From: an uncultured Thermoplasmata archaeon
GTDB lineage: Archaea > Thermoplasmatota > Thermoplasmata > Halarchaeoplasmatales > Halarchaeoplasmataceae
Length of the DNA stretch: 23,491 nucleotides
Assembly (NCBI GenBank): GCA_964399335.1
Contig: CAYNQI010000004.1
Location: forward strand, 1 to 23,491
Direction of reading: 5' to 3'
The first letter of the stretch is position 1. Each line of letters starts with the position of its first letter. The notes under the pieces were generated by a model. It saw only the letters and a program-made list of their open reading frames with translations. It did no database searches and was not told the origin of the DNA. Shown here one piece after another: positions 16,197 to 23,491 of the stretch. The translations under genes were made by a program, and so were the position numbers.

Positions 16197-16864
16197 TACT
16201 CATCACCACTCTTTTTACCGATATTTCCCTGTATTCCTTCGATTATACCTAATTCATTAGACTGGGATTCAGTAACTCTCATTTCAGTTGTTTTTTCCAT
16301 AGCATCGAACACAGCCTTAGCATAGTTTACAGTTGTTTTTGTATGACCTTTAGAGAAACCCCAAACATCCTGTATACCTGCTCTAGAAAGGATTGATTTT
16401 GCGGTATCACCAACAGCAAGACCGATTCCACTAGGAGCTGGGAACAGTTCTATCCAAACAGATCCTGACTTTCCAGTCACTCTAAAAGGTATAGTATGGG
16501 GTTGACCACAACCACATTGCCATGATCCATCTCCTCTTCTTATTCTTACAATATTTAGTTTTGCATTATCGATACTTTTTCTAATGGTTGGACCTACTTC
16601 CTTTCCTTTTGCAGTCCCTAAACCAACATATCCATCTCGATTTCCTACGACGGAAGCAACTGTAAATCTGACTCTTCTACCTGAATCAGACATTCTTTGT
16701 ACCATATTGACATCAAGAACATCATCGTCCAAATTTGGTAGGAGTGCATCGACTATCTCAGATTCTCTTATAGGGAGTCTAGTATCTAGGGCTTCAGCCA
16801 TCGTTGTAATCTCCCCTCGTTCAACCATCCTACCTAATCTAGTTTTGGGATTCCAATTCGCCAT
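16196..16864 (-). CDS. rps5: 30S ribosomal protein uS5
   Basis: WNPKTRLGRMV, VQRMSDSGRR, CGCGQPHTIP, PAPSGIGL. Confidence 0.98.
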   Translation of the reverse strand: MANWNPKTRLGRMVERGEITTMAEALDTRLPIRESEIVDALLPNLDDDVLDVNMVQRMSDSGRRVRFTVASVVGNRDGYVGLGTAKGKEVGPTIRKSIDNAKLNIVRIRRGDGSWQCGCGQPHTIPFRVTGKSGSVWIELFPAPSGIGLAVGDTAKSILSRAGIQDVWGFSKGHTKTTVNYAKAVFDAMEKTTEMRVTESQSNELGIIEGIQGNIGKKSGDE

Positions 16865-17364
16865 TATAAAGCCTCCAATTTTTCTTTAACTTGGTTAAAG
16901 TTACCTACGATTTCTTCGTTTATATGTTCACCTTTTTTACGAGGTTCTGTAGGAAGTATTTCAGGATCGTGAGGAATATAAACTCCTGAATCGACAATAC
17001 CGTTTAATGCTGAAAATATTTTCCCACCTTTTTTGGGAACATTCAAACCAATGTCTAATACAGCTTCTTCTATACCTTCTTTTTGAGCTTTTTTACCAGC
17101 TAGATAACCAACAAGGTATGAACAAGGTAAATTTGATCCATGGCCATCCCAGCCATATTCTTCTAAATGGTTACTGTCTATGTTTATTTTGACTTTATCC
17201 CCATCTTCATGATAATCTGTAAACTGGACTATTATTTTATTGTTAGTAACCCTAACTACAGCTCTTGTTTTACCTGATTTCAATAATCTTAATCTTTGTC
17301 TATAATCTGTTTTACCTTCGCGTCTCCTCTTTAAAGGCATCCTGTATGTTGGTCCTTCAGCCAT
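16864..17364 (-). CDS. rpl18: 50S ribosomal protein uL18
   Basis: MAEGPTY...RRREGKTDYRQRL, YLVGYLAG; start set at ATG 17364. Confidence 0.97.
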   Translation of the reverse strand: MAEGPTYRMPLKRRREGKTDYRQRLRLLKSGKTRAVVRVTNNKIIVQFTDYHEDGDKVKINIDSNHLEEYGWDGHGSNLPCSYLVGYLAGKKAQKEGIEEAVLDIGLNVPKKGGKIFSALNGIVDSGVYIPHDPEILPTEPRKKGEHINEEIVGNFNQVKEKLEAL

Positions 17365-17839
17365 CGTTATTCTCCTCCAAATGTTCATAATCCTCTTCTA
17401 AATATCCTTCCATTTTAAGATGTAATACCATGTCCGATTTATTTTCAAAAGTACCACCTTTAGCTTTGTTGTAGAACTTTCGATAAATTGTAGAATCTAT
17501 GTAATCATTATCTCTGAGATATCTTAGTTCTCTCCTTATTGATCTTATTCTTTTCTTCCAGTCTTGTTTAGGTGGATTCCTAGCGGTTTTCTTTCCTTTT
17601 CTTTTACCATATCCACCCCTACGACCCTTCCTTTTCTGGTTCTTTTTATATCTGTGCCTGCCTTTAGAATTGCCTTTAACAGGTTTCTTCTTTATAACAT
17701 CATTATCAATAAGATTTTTAACTTCCTCACGGGTGATAGCTTCAACGACCTCATCTAACATAGTGTCATCTATCCAAACCCTATCTTTACCGCATTTTAA
17801 TATGTTGGCGGCGAGTCTTTTTTGATATTTTACATCCAT
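17357..17839 (-). CDS. rpl19e: 50S ribosomal protein eL19
   Basis: QKRLAANILKCGKDRVWID, GRRGGYGKRKG, YRKFYNKAKGG. Confidence 0.97.
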   Translation of the reverse strand: MDVKYQKRLAANILKCGKDRVWIDDTMLDEVVEAITREEVKNLIDNDVIKKKPVKGNSKGRHRYKKNQKRKGRRGGYGKRKGKKTARNPPKQDWKKRIRSIRRELRYLRDNDYIDSTIYRKFYNKAKGGTFENKSDMVLHLKMEGYLEEDYEHLEENNDG

Positions 17840-17847
17840 AATAACAC

Positions 17848-18279
17848 CTAAGTTCTATTTAATACTCTTAAATCCATCTCATCAGCTTTATTTTCTATGT
17901 CAATTCTCTTTTTCATCCCAACGCCGTGGGCAATTCTAATAGCCTGTGTATCCGGATCCAAGCCGTCCAATTCATCAATGTTATGAACCAAAACATCCTC
18001 AAATCCTGAAGGATGAAGATCTCGAACTTTTTTAGGGGATCTATATCCTATATTAGCCACATTTGGCCTGTATTTCAAGTTCTGCCTCATCTTCGAATGT
18101 AAACCCTTAGGTTTTCTCCAGGTATTTTTGTCAATCTTTTTGTAACGAAACCATTCCTGTCTAGAGAATTTTGGTCTTCTCCCTTTAATTTTCTTTCTTT
18201 TTTTCAGTAAGTCTACTGTTTCATCGTCTAGTTCAGGTTTCTTTTTTACTTCGTAATCTTCATTATCGTTTTCTGACAT
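17848..18279 (-). CDS. rpl32e: 50S ribosomal protein eL32
   Basis: RPKFSRQEWFRYK, WRKPKGLHSKMR, GLDPDTQAIRIAHGVG; start chosen by GGTGA spacing. Confidence 0.96.
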   Translation of the reverse strand: MSENDNEDYEVKKKPELDDETVDLLKKRKKIKGRRPKFSRQEWFRYKKIDKNTWRKPKGLHSKMRQNLKYRPNVANIGYRSPKKVRDLHPSGFEDVLVHNIDELDGLDPDTQAIRIAHGVGMKKRIDIENKADEMDLRVLNRT

Positions 18280-18289
18280 CATCACTCAC

Positions 18290-18841
18290 CTACTTAATCT
18301 GCCTTCCGGCCTTTTCAATTATATAAATACCATCCTGAAATACCCTATTATCAGTATTTTTAATCCTGGTTGCTGATTCTATATTTGCTGCTGTCTGAGC
18401 TACATCTTCTTTATTAAGTCCTTTTACGAAGACTTCATCACCTTGTATATCAACTTTTGTTTCACCGAGTATTGGAGCTCTTCTGGGTTTCTTCTCCCCG
18501 ACAAAATTCTCTATAACTACTTCATCCCCTTCAGATCGGACCTTTACAGGAAAGTGAGAGTAAACAATTTTTAACTTGTACTCAAAATCTTTTTGAACAC
18601 CATCTACCATATTTTGTAGATGAGAATTGTAAGTTCCTAACAAAGCCTTCTCTCTTTTAGAGGGGTCTTTAACAGATAATGAGATTTCATTTTCTATTAG
18701 GTCTATATCTATTCTTTTATCCGGGAATCTTCTACTGATAGTTCCATTTGGACCAGAGATCTCGATTTCATCTCCGGTTCTATTGAAATTCACATCGTCA
18801 GGGATTTTTACGACTTTTTCTAATTTTGCTGCTATTGGCAT
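18290..18841 (-). CDS. rpl6: 50S ribosomal protein uL6
   Basis: VYSHFP, ENFVGEK, VAQTAANIE, DNRVFQDGIYI. Confidence 0.97.
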   Translation of the reverse strand: MPIAAKLEKVVKIPDDVNFNRTGDEIEISGPNGTISRRFPDKRIDIDLIENEISLSVKDPSKREKALLGTYNSHLQNMVDGVQKDFEYKLKIVYSHFPVKVRSEGDEVVIENFVGEKKPRRAPILGETKVDIQGDEVFVKGLNKEDVAQTAANIESATRIKNTDNRVFQDGIYIIEKAGRQIK

Positions 18842-18851
18842 AATACTAACC

Positions 18852-19241
18852 TCAATAAACGTATGCTAATAATTTCCCTCCAACACCTTTCTCTTTGGCT
18901 TCTTCATGAGAAAGTACACCTTTATTGGTAGTGAGTATTAAAACTCCAAAACCTTGTGCCGGTAGGTATCTCGACTCGTATTCTTCTATTTGTTCTGATT
19001 TTAAAGACCATCTTGGCTTTACCACTTTACACTTGTTAATATTACCTTTCAATTTAACTAGGTATTCCCCACCTCTTCCATTTTCTATGTATTCAAATTT
19101 ATCTAAATAATTATTCTCTTGCATGACTTTTAATACTCTTCCAATTAGTTTAGAAGCAGGGTCTATATTACAATCTATCTTACCACTGTCTTCGGCATTA
19201 TTTATCTTTGATAAAGCATCATTGAGTGGATCATGTTTCAT
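18852..19241 (-). CDS. rps8: 30S ribosomal protein uS8
   Basis: DPLNDAL, INKCKVVKPR, YLPAQGFG, GGKLLAYVY. Confidence 0.98.
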   Translation of the reverse strand: MKHDPLNDALSKINNAEDSGKIDCNIDPASKLIGRVLKVMQENNYLDKFEYIENGRGGEYLVKLKGNINKCKVVKPRWSLKSEQIEEYESRYLPAQGFGVLILTTNKGVLSHEEAKEKGVGGKLLAYVY

Positions 19242-19251
19242 ATTTTACACC

Positions 19252-19398
19252 TCATGAATATTTTTCAAATCCTAAATCTTCAGCTATTTCTCTAAAACAC
19301 TGGCGACAAACATGTAACCCATATCTTCGTATGATTCCTCTTTTTCTGCCGCAGCGTTTGCACCCTTCTTTTCGCCCAAATTGTTTATCTGGTTTCAT
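19252..19398 (-). CDS. rps14: 30S ribosomal protein uS14 (zinc-binding; absent from ORF track)
   Basis: Manual translation [48 protein letters not shown]; ATGA overlap with the uL5 stop. Confidence 0.97.
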   Translation of the reverse strand: MKPDKQFGRKEGCKRCGRKRGIIRRYGLHVCRQCFREIAEDLGFEKYS

Positions 19399-19913
19399 TC
19401 TATCGCCTCCACGCTAAAGGCTTTTTCGACGTATTCGATGGCCTCTTCTTTGGTTAATTTTTGATGTTCTGGTATTGTTTTAGTTTTCTTTTTTCTTCTT
19501 TTGATTCGTTCACCTTTTCGAGCTAGTTCTACAGATATATCCAAACCAAAGATTCCGATATTTGGATCATATTTCATATTTTCAAAATCTGTGTAATCAC
19601 CGATACCAAAAGAAAAGTTTCCGTATTCATCAAAATTATCCTCAAGGATTCTATCGCTAGTTACCCAGAAGGCCTTTTTTAAGAAATCATAAGCTTTCTT
19701 ATCCCTAAGCGTAACTTTACAACCGATGACCTGACCTTCTCTAATCCCTAGATCAGCGTTTGTGGTTTTAGAAAAAGTATCAACTGGTTCCTGCCCTGTA
19801 AGCATCTTGATTACTTTTCTAGCTTTCCTTTGTTCTTCACCACCGCTACCGACACCTATATTGACAACGCATTTGACAATTCGAGGTTTACGCATGGGAT
19901 TATCTTGATTCAT
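19395..19913 (-). CDS. rpl5: 50S ribosomal protein uL5
   Basis: [42 protein letters not shown]. Confidence 0.98.
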   Translation of the reverse strand: MNQDNPMRKPRIVKCVVNIGVGSGGEEQRKARKVIKMLTGQEPVDTFSKTTNADLGIREGQVIGCKVTLRDKKAYDFLKKAFWVTSDRILEDNFDEYGNFSFGIGDYTDFENMKYDPNIGIFGLDISVELARKGERIKRRKKKTKTIPEHQKLTKEEAIEYVEKAFSVEAIE

Positions 19914-20626
19914 AATATACCAACCTCTGGAATCTTAATCTCTGGTTTATCGTTTCCAACCACAAATACATACTCTTCAATAGTTGTGATACCATCTTCA
20001 AATTTAACCAAATTAGGTTGAGAACCTCTTAGTATTTCATGATCACTGATAACACCGATTTCACCGATATGTTTTCCACCAGTAATTAAAGCCATGTTTC
20101 CCTCAGTGAATTCAAAAACATCTATTATCTTTTGTTCTGGTATATTTATCTTTAATACGTCCTTGGTATTATACCTATCAGGGTCATCAACTATAATATT
20201 TCTACCATCGTGTAAATTTAACTGACATTTATTACCCTTAATATTGGTCTTTTTCTCAATCTTTGAAAGTTTCCAACCTTCGCCTCCTTTTTCAATTGGA
20301 GAGAGACGTATCTTACCATGTTGGTCAAATAACATCCTATAATGTTCATCCAACTCAGGTAAAGATATAACATCCATAAGACCAACGGGTATGTTTTTAT
20401 CTTTTACGGCATTTCCGTCTAGAAGTATTTTGCTTTCAGAAATTATCATATTTGCTTCTCTTGAACTATCTGCATATTTTAGTATGTCCCTTACAAGTAC
20501 AACTAGAGGGGCGCTCCTATGTTCAGGATGAGCTCCAGCTTTTGTTTTAGGGGCCCAGAAATATCTCTTTGTAGGTATACCCCATCTTTCGGTTGACGCC
20601 TGATATCTTTTAGAATGTTTTTTCAT
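19910..20626 (-). CDS. rps4e: 30S ribosomal protein eS4
   Basis: AGAHP, LVVLVRDILKYA, PVGLMDVI, QLNLHDGRNI, ITGGKHIG. Confidence 0.97.
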   Translation of the reverse strand: MKKHSKRYQASTERWGIPTKRYFWAPKTKAGAHPEHRSAPLVVLVRDILKYADSSREANMIISESKILLDGNAVKDKNIPVGLMDVISLPELDEHYRMLFDQHGKIRLSPIEKGGEGWKLSKIEKKTNIKGNKCQLNLHDGRNIIVDDPDRYNTKDVLKINIPEQKIIDVFEFTEGNMALITGGKHIGEIGVISDHEILRGSQPNLVKFEDGITTIEEYVFVVGNDKPEIKIPEVGIL

Positions 20627-20628
20627 GT

Positions 20629-20994
20629 CTATGCACCCTCTTCTTTAATTGATTGGATTTTTTCCTTTCTCCAAGGATCAGATAGATTCAATTCTATAAT
20701 CCTTATATTAGACGGATGTACGCCATAAGGTTCTTTAGATTCGTCAGCTTTCTGGACAGTAACATTTTCAATATATACTTTTTCGTTTCTTCTATCAACT
20801 TCTGCAATTTTGTTGACTAGTCCTTTGAAAGATCCCCTCATTATCTCCACCTCGTCACCTTGCCTAACAGGTAAACTTTTTATCCCGTACTTCTCCTTCA
20901 AATCTGATGATAAAGTAGAGGACATAATCTTACGTTTAGTATGATGTGGTGCGTTTTCTCTTCTTTTTCTTTGTTTTCTTGGTTTTTCACTCAT
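20629..20994 (-). CDS. rpl24: 50S ribosomal protein uL24
   Basis: KPRKQRK, SLPVRQGDEVEIMRGSFKG, VHPSNI; alternative start at 20997. Confidence 0.97.
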   Translation of the reverse strand: MSEKPRKQRKRRENAPHHTKRKIMSSTLSSDLKEKYGIKSLPVRQGDEVEIMRGSFKGLVNKIAEVDRRNEKVYIENVTVQKADESKEPYGVHPSNIRIIELNLSDPWRKEKIQSIKEEGA

Positions 20995-21002
20995 CATATC
21001 AC

Positions 21003-21401
21003 CTATATTATCATCGATGCAGTTGCCCCTACCCTAGGCCATCTTTCAGCAGCTTCTCTAGCTACTGGACCTTTTATTTCAGAGCCTTTAGTATCACCAT
21101 TCTCATGGGTTAAAACTACAGCGTTATCCTCAAATTCAACCGTTGTTCCATCAGACCTACGGAATGGACGTTTTTGTCTAACAATTACAGCCCTACTCAA
21201 TTCTCTCTTCACTTCAGGAGTACCTTTAGTTACAGAAACAACTATTAAATCACCGACACCAGCTTTAGGATATCTCCTATGTACCCCATGGTAGTTTATC
21301 ACTGAAACGGTTCTAACCTCTTTAGCTCCAGTGTTATCTATACATCTGAGTTTGCTTCCAACTGGTAAACCCTTGGTTTGCCTACCAGCAATTCCTTTCA
21401 T
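21003..21401 (-). CDS. rpl14: 50S ribosomal protein uL14
   Basis: CIDNTGAK, AGVGD, AVIVRQK, FEDNAVV, KGPVAREAAERWP. Confidence 0.98.
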   Translation of the reverse strand: MKGIAGRQTKGLPVGSKLRCIDNTGAKEVRTVSVINYHGVHRRYPKAGVGDLIVVSVTKGTPEVKRELSRAVIVRQKRPFRRSDGTTVEFEDNAVVLTHENGDTKGSEIKGPVAREAAERWPRVGATASMII

Positions 21402-21739
21402 TTACTCAAACCTCCTTCTATAACAACGAATGAAACACTTTTACTCAGAGGTCTACATTCCATAATCCTTACTTCATCCCCTGCTTCAACATCAATACAT
21501 TCAGGTAAGTGGGCCGGGTAGTTACCGCTTCTTTTTTCATACCTTTCAAATTTAGGTATATAATGCAAATAATCTTTTTTAACAACGACCGACCCATCCA
21601 TCTTAGTATTTTTAATGGTTCCTCTAATTACTTTACCTCTAACAGATAACTTTCCGTGAAATGGACAATTTTTATCCCTGCAGATTTTCTTAGGTGGTTG
21701 AACATCCACACCGATATCTCGTACTTCTTCTTCCGACAT
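21398..21739 (-). CDS. rps17: 30S ribosomal protein uS17
   Basis: CRDKNCPFHGKLSVRG, PKFERYEKR, ECRPLSKSVSF; alternative ATG at 21748. Confidence 0.97.
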   Translation of the reverse strand: MSEEEVRDIGVDVQPPKKICRDKNCPFHGKLSVRGKVIRGTIKNTKMDGSVVVKKDYLHYIPKFERYEKRSGNYPAHLPECIDVEAGDEVRIMECRPLSKSVSFVVIEGGLSK

Positions 21740-21747
21740 TATTATCA

Positions 21748-22020
21748 TCAACCTGATTTTTTGATCCTTTCTTCTGGGCGGTGATTTAACATACCGCCTT
21801 TAAACATCTCATCTTGATCGCAAATTTTTAATTTGAAAGTTGTGCCTATTTTTGGAACCACCTTCAGATCGTTCCCTAGTGTCTTTATCCTAATTGTGTT
21901 CTTTGTTTCATCTACCACGCTACCATGAATGTTTTTATAACCCTCATGTTTAGCATCAATAACTTCGATAGCAGAACCGATTAGTTCTTGTTTGTATTTA
22001 TTTTTGTAACAGTTATCCAT
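21748..22020 (-). CDS. rnp1: Ribonuclease P protein component 1 (Rpp29/Pop4)
   Basis: ELIG, GSVVDETKNT, VPK, RPEERIK; position between SUI1 and uS17. Confidence 0.9.
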   Translation of the reverse strand: MDNCYKNKYKQELIGSAIEVIDAKHEGYKNIHGSVVDETKNTIRIKTLGNDLKVVPKIGTTFKLKICDQDEMFKGGMLNHRPEERIKKSG

Positions 22021-22021
22021 A

Positions 22022-22324
22022 TTATCCTGTCTCCACTGGAAATCCTTTACCTTCTAGATATTCTTTCACTTTATCGATATGATTGCCCTGAAGTTCGATA
22101 TGACCTTTTTTTGTTGTGCCTCCAGCAGCACATTTAGATTTCAATTCACTAGCTAATTCTTCGATATCGATATCGCTTTCATCAATACCGTCGACTATGG
22201 TTACTTTTTTACCATATCTTCGGGTATCTAAATACAACCTAATCTCCTGTTGTTCTCTAGCTATATCTTCGCATATGCAGATTTCTTCAGGTAGTCCGCA
22301 TGTAGGACAAACTTTTTCCGGCAT
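22022..22324 (-). CDS. sui1: Translation initiation factor aIF1 (SUI1)
   Basis: CPTCGLPEEICIC, RRYGKKVT, LKSKCAAGGT, IELQGNH. Confidence 0.96.
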   Translation of the reverse strand: MPEKVCPTCGLPEEICICEDIAREQQEIRLYLDTRRYGKKVTIVDGIDESDIDIEELASELKSKCAAGGTTKKGHIELQGNHIDKVKEYLEGKGFPVETG

Positions 22325-22539
22325 CAATCTCCTCCTTTTAATTTATTATTTTCATTCATAACTGTCAGTATCCTAGCAATATTACTTTTTATAGCTCTTA
22401 TCCTTCCGGGACTCTCTGGTGCACCACCCATCGCTGCCTGTCCCTTCTCATGAAGGAGTTCATCTCTTAATTCTTCCAATTTATCTTCCATCTCGGAACG
22501 TTCCATTTCCCTAATATCCGAGGTTTTTAATAGAGGCAT
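22324..22539 (-). CDS. rpl29: 50S ribosomal protein uL29
   Basis: DIREM, PGRIRAIKSNIARILT. Confidence 0.96.
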   Translation of the reverse strand: MPLLKTSDIREMERSEMEDKLEELRDELLHEKGQAAMGGAPESPGRIRAIKSNIARILTVMNENNKLKGGD

Positions 22540-22541
22540 AA

Positions 22542-23336
22542 TTAATCTCCCTCCGACTCTTCATTTTCTGATTGTTCTTTCTTTTTAGATCCCTCTTCTA
22601 TCTCCATTTCATCTACTTCATCTTGAAGACCTTTAGATCCTTCTTCTGACTCCTCTTCGCTTTCACTAGCTTCTTTAGAGGGAGCTTCCTCAGCAGTACT
22701 CTCAGATTCTTCATTAGTAACCTCTTCAGACTCTTCCTTAGCAGGAGGTACAATTTCAATTTCATCAGGCAATTTTGCTTTTGGATCCATGATCTGAACG
22801 GTTACCCCTATCATACCTAACTTAACTTTAGCTCCGGAATACCCTTCACGCATCCATTTGTTTTTTTCTTCCCCACAATACTTAATATGACCGTCTTTGA
22901 ATTTTTCTACTCTATGTCTCGGACCCGTAATTTTTCCTGAAAGAATTATCTGACAACCTCTAGCTCCTGAATCCATAATCCTTCTAACAGTTGAATGGCC
23001 GGCTCTTCTAAAATGCCATCCCCTCTCTAAAGATTGGGCTAATTTTTCAGCCATGATCTGTGGATTTAACTCTGGAACCGATACTTCTTGAACTTCTATC
23101 TGAGGGTTATCAAACTTGAATTTATCTTTAACATCCTGTGTAAGTTTTCTGATAGTTCTACCTTTTCTACCTATAACAAGTGAGGGTCTTTCTATATGGA
23201 GTGTTATCCTAGTACCCATAGGAGTTCTTGAAACATCACATCCACCAAAGCCAGCCCTTTCGGTCCTTTTCTTTAAGAATTCTTTAAGTAAGACTCTATC
23301 CATTTTTTCCTGGATGAATTTCTTCTCTCTTGCCAA
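22542..23336 (-). CDS. rps3: 30S ribosomal protein uS3 with acidic C-terminal tail
   Basis: AGFGG, RTPMGT, VIGRKG, LERGWHFRRAG, SGKITG; probable TTG start at 23336 (alternative 23342). Confidence 0.97.
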   Translation of the reverse strand: MAREKKFIQEKMDRVLLKEFLKKRTERAGFGGCDVSRTPMGTRITLHIERPSLVIGRKGRTIRKLTQDVKDKFKFDNPQIEVQEVSVPELNPQIMAEKLAQSLERGWHFRRAGHSTVRRIMDSGARGCQIILSGKITGPRHRVEKFKDGHIKYCGEEKNKWMREGYSGAKVKLGMIGVTVQIMDPKAKLPDEIEIVPPAKEESEEVTNEESESTAEEAPSKEASESEEESEEGSKGLQDEVDEMEIEEGSKKKEQSENEESEGD

Positions 23337-23338
23337 GA

Positions 23339-23491
23339 TCAAACACCCCTCTCTTCCAATATAACTTCTATATTTGTAGTCTTTCTATTTGAGGGTGAAG
23401 TCCTTCCAAAAGCCCTAGGTTGGAAACCTTGGATGACTTCCCCTTGAGAAGCTGATATTGTTAAAATCTTCATGCCGTCCGAATCTAAACC
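23339..23491 (-). CDS. rpl22: 50S ribosomal protein uL22 (partial, C-terminus)
   Basis: Manual translation GLDSDGMKILTISASQGEVIQGFQPRAFGRTSPSNRKTTNIEVILEERGV*; PRAFGR motif; position before uS3. Confidence 0.93.
   Translation of the reverse strand, partial: GLDSDGMKILTISASQGEVIQGFQPRAFGRTSPSNRKTTNIEVILEERGV

Noticed and set aside
12751-23364. Many plus-strand ORFs across the ribosomal operon
   Set aside because: All are antisense shadows of conserved genes
1-23491. CRISPR arrays, IS elements, frameshifted pseudogenes, tRNA intron
   Set aside because: No spaced repeats, transposase motifs, broken frames or bulge-helix-bulge intron observed

Overview
AT-rich archaeal chromosomal window with no mobile elements or CRISPR arrays seen. 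It is probably Thermoplasmatota-like (inferred from gene content, e.g. no eL14/eL34 in the secY-cbf5 segment), and acidic protein tails hint at a saline habitat. The right half (11.3-23.5 kb, minus strand) is the canonical archaeal S10/spc-type ribosomal protein superoperon: uL22 (partial), uS3, uL29, aIF1/SUI1, Rnp1, uS17, uL14, uL24, eS4, uL5, uS14, uS8, uL6, eL32, eL19, uL18, uS5, uL30, uL15, SecY, DUF106/Oxa1-family, Cmk, Cbf5, then tRNA-Ser(GGA). The left half holds the N-terminus of a probable molybdate/sulfate transporter, an 8-bladed PQQ-type beta-propeller surface protein, a DUF432-MscS pair converging on a second MscS-family gene with five TM-hairpin repeats, a very lysine-rich 76-aa protein, a ~230-nt hairpin-rich interval with an unannotated 25-aa ORF and facing TATA boxes, UPF0147, a tightly coupled deaminase-UspA-4xCBS-GlyRS operon and two tandem 4-TM membrane proteins. 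The best candidates for undescribed biology are the deaminase/UspA/CBS/GlyRS operon, the structured 5.3-5.5 kb locus and the expanded MscS.
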